Shown in pieces: positions 7,451 to 16,327 of a stretch of 38,533 bases of DNA. Origin of the DNA: a virus; the UHGV virus genome UHGV-0139758; one strand, given 5' to 3'. The notes beneath the pieces are model-generated. The model ran no database searches. It saw nothing but the letters and a program-made list of their open reading frames with translations, and was not told the DNA's origin. Position 1 is the stretch's first letter; every line of letters begins with the position of its first letter. Both the position numbers and the translations under genes were made by a program.

Positions 7451-8373
7451 TGACAAACGAATTAACAACAGAATTGCAGTTTAATGTTGATTTTAAAGCT
7501 AGTAAAATCACTATCCAAAATGAAGCACAGTTGTCTGAGATGGTTGAGAGCGCAGTTAAGCACTATTCAACAATGATTTTCACAGATGAAAACATTCCTG
7601 AAGCTAAAAAAGCAAGAGCAGACTTAAATAAAGTTGTAACGTTGCTAGATGATCAACGTAAAGAAGTTAAAAATCAATATGATAAGCCGTTAAAAGATTT
7701 TGAGGAAAAAATAAAAAAATATACTGAAAAAATAAGTGAAGTTAGTTCAGAAATTAACGAAAGCATCAAATCATACGAAGAAGCAGAGAAGCAGAAACGA
7801 AGCAAAAAGCTTCAAAAAGTGATTGCTGAAATGTCTGAAAACTACAATGTATCCATTGACGAAATTGAAATTCCTAGTTCGTGGACTAATAAAACAGCTT
7901 TCACAGTTAAAGGTGAACCAAATAAGAAAACTATTGAGGAAATAGCGGCATCGATGGTAGCAGTTGCATCTGAAAAAGAACGTATAAAAAACGATAAGCT
8001 CATTGTTGAAAATTATGCTAAGGCAGTTGGCCTTGACTCGTTTTCTTGGGTCGCATTAATTGATAAAGGGTCTACTGCACCAGAGCTGATGAAAGAAATT
8101 GATTCCGCCGTTGCTTTAAAAAAAGAACAAGAAGAACGTGAAAGAGCAAAAAAAGAACACGACGAAGCCATTGCTGCTTTGAAAACTGAAACAATCAACA
8201 ATAAAACAGTTGACACTGAAACAGGCGAAATCATCACAGAAGAAGTACCAAAAACCAGCAGAAAACAACAAGAGAAAACAGTTACGTTAAGACTAACAGC
8301 AGAACATCAAAAGTTAGTTGCTCTAAACAATTTTATTATTAATAACGGGATTCAAGTGGAAGTGATTGAATGA
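7450..8373 (+). CDS. DUF1351-family phage protein (ERF partner)
   Basis: Start at the ATG at 7450, which overlaps the erf stop. Lys/Glu-rich coiled-coil protein, typical of the gene that follows erf. Confidence 0.55.
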   Translation: MTNELTTELQFNVDFKASKITIQNEAQLSEMVESAVKHYSTMIFTDENIPEAKKARADLNKVVTLLDDQRKEVKNQYDKPLKDFEEKIKKYTEKISEVSSEINESIKSYEEAEKQKRSKKLQKVIAEMSENYNVSIDEIEIPSSWTNKTAFTVKGEPNKKTIEEIAASMVAVASEKERIKNDKLIVENYAKAVGLDSFSWVALIDKGSTAPELMKEIDSAVALKKEQEERERAKKEHDEAIAALKTETINNKTVDTETGEIITEEVPKTSRKQQEKTVTLRLTAEHQKLVALNNFIINNGIQVEVIE

Positions 8374-9050
8374 ACCTAAACAATGTTTATTCTGCTGTTA
8401 TTAAGAGTTTGAAAGACAACTCAATAACAGCAGTAATAAACGAAGCAATAAATATTGAACGATTAAAAACCATGTATTTTGATTATACAGGGCCAAGAGA
8501 AGTTGAAATAAGATTTATTGATCCGAGAAAATTTAGTGTTGCCCAACGTCGATTTATCTTTGCAATGCTAGAGGACATATTCTCTTTCACAGGGCAAGAA
8601 ACAGAAGTGTTAAAGGAAATGTTCTATCTCAGATTTGAAGCGTTACAGGGCTATGAAATTAGCCTCAGAAACGACTCAACAAACACAATGGACGATGCAA
8701 CCATTTTAGCGAACATTATTTTGAATTTCATTTTTGAAAATAATATTCCTTTCAAAAAAGGGTACGACATTTTACCAGCAAATCAAGAATATTACTTTTA
8801 CAAATGTATCACTAACCGAGTTTGTTGCATTTGTGGCAAAACTGGTGCAGATATTGACCATTTCGATAAAGCGCTAGGTCGACGCAAAAGAAAAAGCGTT
8901 GACCATACAGAATACACTTACGCTGGTTTATGTCGATGCCATCACACAGAAAAACACAACATTGGTATTACAGCATTTAAGAAAAAATATCATGTTAAAG
9001 GGATTAAATTAAATCAAGAGACAATAAAGAAATTGAATATCAGCGGTTAA
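8370..9050 (+). CDS. DUF968-like protein with a C-terminal Cys/His (HNH-like) zinc motif
   Basis: C-terminus: CCICGKTGADIDHFDKALGRRKRKSVDHTEYTYAGLCRCHHTEKHN. The family assignment is from memory. Confidence 0.5.
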   Translation: MNLNNVYSAVIKSLKDNSITAVINEAINIERLKTMYFDYTGPREVEIRFIDPRKFSVAQRRFIFAMLEDIFSFTGQETEVLKEMFYLRFEALQGYEISLRNDSTNTMDDATILANIILNFIFENNIPFKKGYDILPANQEYYFYKCITNRVCCICGKTGADIDHFDKALGRRKRKSVDHTEYTYAGLCRCHHTEKHNIGITAFKKKYHVKGIKLNQETIKKLNISG

Positions 9051-9062
9051 AGAAAGAGTGGG

Positions 9063-9266
9063 TTAATCCCACTCCACCAATTCATCATCGCCTTTTAAAA
9101 CGACTTTATTCTCACCAAATTCAATAGTTTCAATTTCTGAATAAGTTGGCGCTTCTTCATCGGAAGTTGAATCTAATTTAGTTTTGATTCGCAATTTAAC
9201 AGTTGCATTTTCATCCATTTTTTCTAAATGTTTTATTAACTCTTTAACTAACATAATAAAGTGCAC
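9063..9266 (-). CDS. Hypothetical reverse-strand small protein (67 aa)
   Basis: Acidic ORF antisense to the replication module. Confidence 0.4.
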   Translation of the reverse strand: MHFIMLVKELIKHLEKMDENATVKLRIKTKLDSTSDEEAPTYSEIETIEFGENKVVLKGDDELVEWD

Positions 9267-9327
9267 CTCATTTAATTTTTACTTTAAATATACAGAATTC
9301 TAGACTAAAAGGAAAGGGGAACGTACG

Positions 9328-10260
9328 TTGTCAGATAAACAGAAAAAGCGTTATTACTGGCTTAAATTGAAAGAAAACTTTTTTGAAGAAGACACAATCG
9401 AATGGTTAGAAGAACAACCCAACGGAAAAGAGTACTGCTTAATATATCTAAAATTATGTTTGAAATCTTTAAAAACTGATGGGGTGTTAGTAAGGAACGT
9501 TGGCAGCATGTTAATCCCTTACGATGCCGAGACACTCGCTAGGGTCACAAATTCCACCGTCGACACTGTAAAAGTTGCGATGGATTTATTTAAGAAAATA
9601 GGACTAATACAGTTGCTCGATACTGGTGAAATATATATCAATCAACTTAATGAACTAGTTGGATCTGAGACAGAAGCAGCCAAACAAAAACGCTTGCAAA
9701 GGTCAAAGGTGGACAATGTCCCTAAATTGTCCTCTGAATGTCCTGAAAATGTCGCCCAGAGTATAGAGTTAGAGTATAGAGATAAGAGTATAGAGAAAGA
9801 TAATAAAGAAGAGCCAAAGAAATCTCCTTGTAAATATTCTGACGAACATTTACGTCTTGCTCAAAAATTACAAAATAATTTAATCAATGATTTTCCGAGT
9901 GAAATGAAAAGAGTGAACATTGAAAAGTGGGCTGACACGTTTAGGCTAATCGAAGAACGAGATCAACAAACTATTGCAGCAATTGACTATGTTCTTGATT
10001 GGTTACCGACAAATTCATTCTGGTTTGGAAACATTAGAAGTGCTTCTAAGCTAAGAGCGCAGTTTGAAAAACTAAAATTTGAAATCAAGAATGAAAAAGA
10101 ACGGGGCCAACAACGAACGACTTACCAACGTCAAAATGTTAGAACTGAAAGTTTACCAGAATGGGCAAAAGAATCAAATAACCAGCAAGAAGAAAAGTTA
10201 TCGCCAGAAGAGCAAGCGGAACTTGATAGACAAATAAAAGAATTCATGGAGGGAAAATGA
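9328..10260 (+). CDS. Phage replisome organizer / DnaD-like replication initiator
   Basis: The N-terminus MSDKQKKRYYWLKLKENFFEEDTIEWLEEQPNGKEYCLIYLKLCLKSL matches the phage replisome-organizer N-terminal domain. The gene contains the iteron array at 9715-9795. Confidence 0.75.
   Translation: MSDKQKKRYYWLKLKENFFEEDTIEWLEEQPNGKEYCLIYLKLCLKSLKTDGVLVRNVGSMLIPYDAETLARVTNSTVDTVKVAMDLFKKIGLIQLLDTGEIYINQLNELVGSETEAAKQKRLQRSKVDNVPKLSSECPENVAQSIELEYRDKSIEKDNKEEPKKSPCKYSDEHLRLAQKLQNNLINDFPSEMKRVNIEKWADTFRLIEERDQQTIAAIDYVLDWLPTNSFWFGNIRSASKLRAQFEKLKFEIKNEKERGQQRTTYQRQNVRTESLPEWAKESNNQQEEKLSPEEQAELDRQIKEFMEGK
9715..9795. repeat. Putative phage origin of replication: iterons inside the replisome-organizer gene
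   Basis: Four copies of AWTGTCS (AATGTCC 9715, ATTGTCC 9726, AATGTCC 9737, AATGTCG 9748) at an exact 11-bp period. These are followed by three copies of AGAGTATAGAG at 9758, 9771 and 9785. Confidence 0.6.
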
Positions 10261-10559
10261 TGAACGAATTAGTTAAATTAGTAGAAGAATGGGCGAAAGA
10301 AAAGCATTTAGATAAAGCAGAGCCAGAAAAGCAAATGTTAAAAGTGATTGAGGAAGTCGGAGAAGTTGGCGCTGCATTGGCAAGAAATAATGAAAATGAT
10401 TTAAGAGATGGTATAGGTGATGTGGTTGTGACGTTAATTATTCTCGCTATGCAAAATAACATGGACTTATACGAATGCTTAAATCAAGCATATAGCGAAA
10501 TCAAAAATCGCCAAGGGGAAATGGTAAACGGAGTATTCGTCAAAGAAGCCGATTTGTAA
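10257..10559 (+). CDS. MazG-like nucleotide pyrophosphohydrolase
   Basis: 100 aa. EEVGEVGAAL ... DGIGDVVVTLIILA matches the MazG/NTP-PPase helical motif. Confidence 0.7.
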   Translation: MMNELVKLVEEWAKEKHLDKAEPEKQMLKVIEEVGEVGAALARNNENDLRDGIGDVVVTLIILAMQNNMDLYECLNQAYSEIKNRQGEMVNGVFVKEADL

Positions 10560-10576
10560 GGTTCGAGGTGGAAGAG

Positions 10577-10999
10577 ATGCGAATTATTCTACCGATTGAA
10601 CCTAAGCCACAAAGTCGCCCAAGATTCGCAAGGCGTGGAAATTATGTTCAAACATACGAAGATAGCGCTATGAAAGAATACAAAAATCAAGTGAAGAATT
10701 ATCTTCGTAAATCAAGAGCAAAGTTGATTGAAAAAGGGCCAATTTCCGCTCATGTGACGTTTTACATCCATACGCCTAAATCTGCCTTAAGTAATAAACA
10801 GAAACGCTTAGAAGTGGAATTAGAGCGGAAATATTGCGATAAAAAGCCTGATTTGGACAACTATTTTAAAGCAGTCACAGATGCTGCTGAAGGCATTTTG
10901 TACAAAAATGACGGTCAAATAGCTGTGATGGTTTGCCAAAAGCTCTATAGCTTAAACCCACGAACAGAAATTGAAATCATGAGATTGGAGGGGGAATAA
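10577..10999 (+). CDS. rusA: RusA-family Holliday junction resolvase
   Basis: Start at the ATG at 10577 with a GAGGTGG RBS. N-terminus MRIILPIEPKPQSRPRF. The acidic catalytic region includes DLDNYFKAVTDA. Confidence 0.75.
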   Translation: MRIILPIEPKPQSRPRFARRGNYVQTYEDSAMKEYKNQVKNYLRKSRAKLIEKGPISAHVTFYIHTPKSALSNKQKRLEVELERKYCDKKPDLDNYFKAVTDAAEGILYKNDGQIAVMVCQKLYSLNPRTEIEIMRLEGE

Positions 11000-11754
11000 T
11001 GGCAAACAATATACTCAAAGCAAAAAAACAAGCCATTCGACATAAAATTCTTTCTCTGACAGGCGACGACGATACTTGGATGAACAATCCAGAAATCGTG
11101 AGAGAGGTCCAGCGGTTGTCTACGTTATTAAATTCTGATCGCATAGGTGATAAGCGACCGTTGCCAAGGCTAGATCCTGATAAGCTGACGAAAGAAGAAT
11201 ACCAACGCTTGTTGGATTTGGGCTATCAAGTAAAAGACATTAAGAAAGCCCTAGGGCTAGGCACAACAACCTTTCAAAATTGGCGAATGGCGAATGAAAT
11301 AGAAAATAAAATTAAGAGAAAACAAAATAACAAAGTAGAGGAGACAAAACACATGAAATTTAACATCAATACAGCAAGTTTATTATTACCAGGAACATTT
11401 GGAGCAGAAGGAAAAGAGTGTATTACGATTTCAAAAAGCGGGTTGGCTTTGAGCGGTCCAGTTGTGAGACGACTCAACAAACCTGAATGGGTTCAATTGT
11501 ATTTAGACGAATCAAGATTAGCATTGTTTGTCATTCCCTGTAAAGCAACGGACGAAGGCGCTAGAAGTTGTGTAAATCCGAAGTCAAAAAAGAAAGCAGG
11601 GTATCGTAAAAGCTGGTCAGGTAGCATTCTAGAGAAGGTAGCAAAAGCCAGCAAGATGGATATTGAAAATCATCGTTATCATGTTGAACCAGAAAGCGTT
11701 GAAGGATACTCAACTGCTCTTGGTTTTGATTTAACGAAAGCCGTAAAAAATTAA
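10999..11754 (+). CDS. Hypothetical early protein (251 aa)
   Basis: ATGA overlap with rusA. Contains the LTKEEYQRLLDLGYQ motif, which is shared with the next ORF. Confidence 0.5.
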   Translation: MANNILKAKKQAIRHKILSLTGDDDTWMNNPEIVREVQRLSTLLNSDRIGDKRPLPRLDPDKLTKEEYQRLLDLGYQVKDIKKALGLGTTTFQNWRMANEIENKIKRKQNNKVEETKHMKFNINTASLLLPGTFGAEGKECITISKSGLALSGPVVRRLNKPEWVQLYLDESRLALFVIPCKATDEGARSCVNPKSKKKAGYRKSWSGSILEKVAKASKMDIENHRYHVEPESVEGYSTALGFDLTKAVKN

Positions 11755-11778
11755 TTCTAAATTGTTGAGGGTGAAAAA

Positions 11779-12006
11779 ATGAAATTAACTAGTGTGACAT
11801 TTAAGCCGTCGGCTGAACGTTTTCCGCCACTTGTGGCAATAGATTTAGACCAATTAACACCAGATGAATACGTGACACTTAGAAATTTAGGTTATGACAC
11901 GCAACTTTCCAAAATTACAAAAAGGACCTTTGAAGAGTTGGAAGATCATTTAGAAGTCAAAGGAAATGTTGCAAAGAAAAATGGGTTTTATGTATTAATC
12001 AAATAA
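11779..12006 (+). CDS. Small hypothetical protein (75 aa)
   Basis: GAGGGTG RBS. The LTPDEYVTLRNLGYD motif is paralogous to part of the preceding ORF. Confidence 0.45.
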   Translation: MKLTSVTFKPSAERFPPLVAIDLDQLTPDEYVTLRNLGYDTQLSKITKRTFEELEDHLEVKGNVAKKNGFYVLIK

Positions 12007-12062
12007 TCAGAAGGGAGTGGAGTTTGTGGCCACAGTAAAGAATTCTTTACTCCTTTGAAATT

Positions 12063-13118
12063 ATGAAATTTTTAGACTTATTTGCAGGTATTGGCGGTTT
12101 CCGTTTAGGTATGGAATCAGCCGGTCATGAATGCATAGGTTTTTGTGAAATAGATAAGTTCGCACGAACTAGTTATAAAGCAATACATGACACAACAGGA
12201 GAGGTGGAAATGCATGACATCACAACAATATCAGATGAATTTATTCGAGGAATCGGAAGTGTTGACGTTATCTGTGGAGGATTTCCGTGCCAAGCTTTCT
12301 CGATTGCAGGAAAACGAAAAGGTTTTGAAGATACTAGAGGAACTCTCTTCTTTGAAATTGCAAGGTTCGCATCTATTCTCAGACCACGCTATTTATTCCT
12401 TGAGAACGTCAAAGGATTGCTTAACCACGAAGGAGGGGCTACGTTCGAGACAATCCTCAGAGCCTTGGATGAACTCGGGTATGATGTGGAATGGCAAGTG
12501 CTTAACTCTAAAGACTACGTTCCACAGAACAGGGAGCGAGTATTCATTATCGGACATCTTAGAGGAGAACGTACCAGAAAAGTTTTTCCTTTCAAAAAAA
12601 ACGACAGAGCGTTTACTAAATTACAAGGACAACAAATTTACGCCAATACACTCACAACAAGAATCGAAGCTCAAGGAACAGGAACGTATGTTGTTGAACG
12701 TGAACAACATGAAGAAAAAATAGCAATACCTGTACTAACACTAACACCAGATAGACTTGAAAAACGACAAAATGGAAGACGGTTTAAAGATGATGGTGAA
12801 GAAATGTTTACGTTAACTGCACAAGTTAAACATGGAGTAGCTATTATTCAGAAATCTCGTGGTTATAACGATGGAGGTATATATAAAGTTGCCCCAACTG
12901 TAACATCTAATAGTTGGCATGAAAATAACTTTTTAAAAGATAGTATTAGAATCCGCAAACTAACACCTCGTGAGTGTTGGCGACTTCAAGGGTTTCCTGA
13001 CTGGGCGTTTGATAAAGCAAAAGAAGTAAACAGCGATAGTCAATTATATAAGCAAGCTGGAAATAGTGTAACAGTGCCAGTTATTGCTGATATTGCCAGT
13101 AGATTTGAAAGCGAGTGA
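12063..13118 (+). CDS. dcm: DNA (cytosine-5)-methyltransferase; orphan, with no adjacent restriction gene
   Basis: Motif I FAGIGG, motif IV GGFPCQAFS (catalytic Cys), motif VI ENVKGL, and a C-terminal QAGNSV motif. Confidence 0.9.
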   Translation: MKFLDLFAGIGGFRLGMESAGHECIGFCEIDKFARTSYKAIHDTTGEVEMHDITTISDEFIRGIGSVDVICGGFPCQAFSIAGKRKGFEDTRGTLFFEIARFASILRPRYLFLENVKGLLNHEGGATFETILRALDELGYDVEWQVLNSKDYVPQNRERVFIIGHLRGERTRKVFPFKKNDRAFTKLQGQQIYANTLTTRIEAQGTGTYVVEREQHEEKIAIPVLTLTPDRLEKRQNGRRFKDDGEEMFTLTAQVKHGVAIIQKSRGYNDGGIYKVAPTVTSNSWHENNFLKDSIRIRKLTPRECWRLQGFPDWAFDKAKEVNSDSQLYKQAGNSVTVPVIADIASRFESE

Positions 13119-13525
13119 AGAAGATGATTCCAAAGTTTAGAGCATATTCAGTAGAAGAAAACATAATGTATTATCCAGATGACGATAAAAATGTAGAATG
13201 GACTATTGATGATGATACAGGATTTATAGCGCCTCTTATTAATCTAGAAAATGGCATGTGGGGAATGATTGATAAATATGTTCTTATGCAATCAACAGGC
13301 TTGAAAGACAAGAACGGCGTTGAAATTTTTGAGGGTGATGTATTATATTACATTCCTTTCGAATCGCATATAAATGATAGCATCGTTGTATTTGAAAAAG
13401 GTTCATTCTGCAAAAAAATGTTAAGAAATGGAAAATTAACATCTGTTAGATTCATTGACAGCGAAGAATATGAAGTTATCGGAAATGTCTACGAGAACCC
13501 AGAACTATTGGAGGTCGCAGAATGA
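13115..13525 (+). CDS. YopX-family phage protein
   Basis: N-terminus MIPKFRAYS, an internal GVEIFEGDV, and a C-terminal YEVIGNVYENPELLE match the YopX signature. Confidence 0.65.
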   Translation: MKKMIPKFRAYSVEENIMYYPDDDKNVEWTIDDDTGFIAPLINLENGMWGMIDKYVLMQSTGLKDKNGVEIFEGDVLYYIPFESHINDSIVVFEKGSFCKKMLRNGKLTSVRFIDSEEYEVIGNVYENPELLEVAE

Positions 13526-13851
13526 GTAAAAAAGCCGTTTGGTTATCAGATATTGAATTCATTGAGATGCATAGTAGCGATTGGGAAAGATTGGAAAGTG
13601 AAGCATTTGAGGCAGATGAAAGTGTACAGGCGCAGCTCAACGAAAGTCAGCAGATTGTGCTGGATTGGTTGAAAAATGACATGCTAGACGATTCCGATTT
13701 TTACAACACAATATATAATTCTAGGTTCTTACATGTTAATGGAGAGCCGCACCGAAAAGAAAATATAGCATTCATGAAATTGAAAAACAAAGAGTTGGCA
13801 CAAGTTATCCAAGCATTTAGCCAGTGGGCCTTGGAACAGGAGGAAGAGTGA
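13522..13851 (+). CDS. Hypothetical protein (109 aa)
   Basis: ATGA-coupled to the upstream gene. Acidic. Confidence 0.5.
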   Translation: MSKKAVWLSDIEFIEMHSSDWERLESEAFEADESVQAQLNESQQIVLDWLKNDMLDDSDFYNTIYNSRFLHVNGEPHRKENIAFMKLKNKELAQVIQAFSQWALEQEEE

Positions 13852-14075
13852 TGTTTATTGAACTTACAGCGATGGATGGGAATGTTGAGTTTGTAAATGT
13901 CAACCACATCAAGTGTATTTGTAACTCTAATATGCCAGGGGTAGGATCAATTATCGAATGGACGCATGCTCCAGCTTGGAATAATAATCCTACGGACTAT
14001 AACTCCTATTACAAAGAAACTCCGAAAGAAGTATTTAATAAAATATATTATGCGAGTCATGAAGAAGGACGTTAG
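13851..14075 (+). CDS. Hypothetical protein (74 aa)
   Basis: Start at the ATG at 13851, overlapping the upstream TGA (tgATG coupling). The track's longer TTG/GTG extension is not supported. Confidence 0.5.
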   Translation: MFIELTAMDGNVEFVNVNHIKCICNSNMPGVGSIIEWTHAPAWNNNPTDYNSYYKETPKEVFNKIYYASHEEGR

Positions 14076-14097
14076 CTATTAGATTGGAGGAAGCGGA

Positions 14098-14424
14098 ATG
14101 AAACTATATCGATATGAAAGTTCAAATACTGGACATTGGACAGAAAGCTTAATTGATGCAATTAAAGAATACGAAGGAGAAAAAGACTATCTAATGTCAA
14201 ATGATCCAGATGAAGATGAAACAGTAAAAATAGTCTCAATTGAGATACCAGATGAATTGATAGATGAACTAGAAGATGAATCCAAAGTGTTGAAAGAGGC
14301 CATATTAATGCATGATCCAGATCGTTTAGAAGAAAACCCAAGAGAAGATGGCTATGACTTTGATTATTATGCTGCTTGGTCCGATGATATAGCGAAACGC
14401 AAGGAGGGAAACAGCGATGAATAA
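14098..14424 (+). CDS. Acidic hypothetical protein (108 aa)
   Basis: GGAGG RBS. Very Asp/Glu-rich (DPDEDETVKIVSIEIPDELIDELEDE). Confidence 0.5.
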   Translation: MKLYRYESSNTGHWTESLIDAIKEYEGEKDYLMSNDPDEDETVKIVSIEIPDELIDELEDESKVLKEAILMHDPDRLEENPREDGYDFDYYAAWSDDIAKRKEGNSDE

Positions 14425-14935
14425 ACAAGAATTGATTGAAGAGTTAGAATGCTTAGAAGTTCCTACAGATAGCCTTGATTATTTGAAAGGTGCTAACTAT
14501 GCTGTCGAAAAAGCAATTAGCTTAGCAAAACAACTAGACGAACCGAAAAAAGTCGTTGTTCCGAAGTTCGTGGCAGAATGGATTGAGTTATGCAAAGGAT
14601 TAGAGTGCACTCTGTATTGCTCAGCAACAAGTAAGCTTAGAGATACGATGCATATAGAAAAAGCTAAAGAAGTATCAGACTGGCTTGATACTTTTGAAAA
14701 TCATGAGTTGTTTGCTCACGCATGGCTTGACGGCTACGAAGTCGAGAAGGGACCTTTATATCACGTTTTATTACCAGACAAAGGGGCGACTAACACAGGA
14801 TATACTTTTTTAAATTTAGCGGGAGCAATTGATTTTACGACATGTAAGGAAAAGGTGGATATGTTAACAGAACAAGAAATCAAAGCAGTTGATGAGCGCT
14901 ATTGGCCGTTTGCTGTGAAGGTGGATGGTGAATAA
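14417..14935 (+). CDS. Hypothetical protein (172 aa)
   Basis: ATGA overlap with the upstream gene; part of the coupled early operon. Confidence 0.5.
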   Translation: MNKQELIEELECLEVPTDSLDYLKGANYAVEKAISLAKQLDEPKKVVVPKFVAEWIELCKGLECTLYCSATSKLRDTMHIEKAKEVSDWLDTFENHELFAHAWLDGYEVEKGPLYHVLLPDKGATNTGYTFLNLAGAIDFTTCKEKVDMLTEQEIKAVDERYWPFAVKVDGE

Positions 14936-15121
14936 ATGAAACGCAACTGGAAAAGAGTAATAAATAAAGTTAGTGGCATTGCAATAATGATTCTTGTAGC
15001 CAAAGCAACCGTGAGCTATTTCGTGTATGGCAATGACATAACAAGCAGTGACCTTGTTTATTTCCTTTCATGCTCGTTTATTTTGGGATTAGGGCTATAT
15101 TTAGGGGGTTCCAGCGTATGA
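14936..15121 (+). CDS. Small membrane protein (61 aa)
   Basis: Two hydrophobic helices: IAIMILVAKATVSYFV and FLSCSFILGLGLYLGG. Confidence 0.45.
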   Translation: MKRNWKRVINKVSGIAIMILVAKATVSYFVYGNDITSSDLVYFLSCSFILGLGLYLGGSSV

Positions 15122-15318
15122 GTTATCCAGAAGTTTTTATCTTAGGAAGGCAAGTTGATGGAGTGTATGTTGAGTACTTACATGGAGCAGAGAAAGCCGA
15201 TTTATTTTTCGATTATACGATAGCTCGTGATGAAAGAAATCATATGAATAAAACCAATACAAAAGATGGCGAATGGAGAATTTTAAAATACGGGAGGCCA
15301 ATTACATTGGAGTTTTAA
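15118..15318 (+). CDS. Small hypothetical protein (66 aa)
   Basis: ATG at 15118 in an ATGA overlap with the upstream stop. Translation begins MSYPEVFILGRQVDG. Confidence 0.45.
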   Translation: MSYPEVFILGRQVDGVYVEYLHGAEKADLFFDYTIARDERNHMNKTNTKDGEWRILKYGRPITLEF

Positions 15319-15707
15319 CTTATTGCAACTTTTTTACAATAACTAGCCGATTTTTTGCAAACAAAAAGCCAGCCGACCAATGGCTGACTAATGTGGTAGT
15401 TAGCACTTTTCCCAAGTAAAGTGCTAATAGTGCCAACAAATAAGGTTGACATTGTGTCTCTGGTGGAGACAGGAACTATCGATAACTGTTTTCCGCCAGT
15501 TATCATAGAAAAGGAGAAATTTATTTCAGAAATAAAATCCCCAAGAAAGTTAATATGATTATATCATGAGTAAATGTATTTGAAAATACTATCTCATAGT
15601 ACGTATTGTAAAAAGTTTATTTAGTAGAAAATAAAAAAAGCCAGATTGCTCCGGCTGTGAGAAATATTTTCGACATAGTTATTATACCACAAAAGGAGCG
15701 ATTCCAC

Positions 15708-16124
15708 TTGATTCAATTGCTAAAAGAAGTAGATTTTCGACAAACAAAAGCGAATGCCAGAAATGTGTTGAAGAATTTTAGACGTTTAGAGCGAATAGCT
15801 GGTCGCTCTTTGATAGATTTAAAATCACCAATTATTACAGATATGCCTAAAAGCCAAAGTCATGGGAACAAAGCAGAAGATGCGCTAGTACAATTAGCAG
15901 ATGCAGAAGCAGAAAGAGACGCAATTTTATCTGGGCTTATGGCATTAAGCCTAACTAGCAGACAAATTTTGCACTATAGTTTCTGTGTGCAGGACCATTA
16001 CTCTAATTACAAGATTGCTAGAGAAGTCGGCTATTCCGAAAGAAGTATTCAAAGAATGAAATCAGAAGCTTTGATTGAATTCGCAGAAGCTTACCGCAAT
16101 GGAAAAATAATTGCCTATAAATAA
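15708..16124 (+). CDS. arpU: ArpU-family phage late-gene transcriptional regulator (sigma-region-4-like)
   Basis: The N-terminal RQTKANARNVLKNFRRLERIAG and the C-terminal HTH (YKIAREVGYSERSIQRMKSEAL) fit the ArpU family. Start probably at the TTG at 15708, 9 nt after an AAAGGAG RBS. The track's 15657 extension (MRNIFDIVII...) has no RBS. Confidence 0.65.
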   Translation: MIQLLKEVDFRQTKANARNVLKNFRRLERIAGRSLIDLKSPIITDMPKSQSHGNKAEDALVQLADAEAERDAILSGLMALSLTSRQILHYSFCVQDHYSNYKIAREVGYSERSIQRMKSEALIEFAEAYRNGKIIAYK

Positions 16125-16128
16125 AATT

Positions 16129-16157
16129 TTGGCGGTTTTTTGGCGGAAAGTTGGCGG
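16129..16157. repeat. Three direct TTGGCGG repeats at an 11-bp period immediately after the arpU stop
   Basis: TTGGCGG at 16129, 16140 and 16151, flanked by T-runs. Confidence 0.6.
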
Positions 16158-16189
16158 TTTTTATACGAATTTGAGTGCTAATATAGTAA

Positions 16190-16263
16190 CATCGAAAGTC
16201 AAAGAAATGGACACATTACACAACACTTTCTGGTTTAGTCACCGTTTGATTTGACTTTCGATG
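16190..16263. repeat. Perfect 14-bp inverted repeat with a 46-nt loop (CATCGAAAGTCAAA / TTTGACTTTCGATG)
   Basis: The arms are 16190-16203 and 16250-16263. They lie inside a ~190-nt untranslated stretch between arpU and a terminator. Confidence 0.6.
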
Positions 16264-16297
16264 GTCACTTGCAGACATACGTTCTCAATAAAATGAA

Positions 16298-16327
16298 GTG
16301 AGGTGAATAACCTCCTCTTTTTTCTAC
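16298..16327 (+). terminator. Intrinsic terminator
   Basis: GAGG-tgaataa-CCTC stem followed by CTCTTTTTTTC. Confidence 0.5.

Noticed and set aside
12187-12723. 178-aa ORF in an alternative frame inside the dcm gene
   Set aside because: It overlaps the methyltransferase motif region completely. The methyltransferase frame carries all the conserved motifs; this frame has none.
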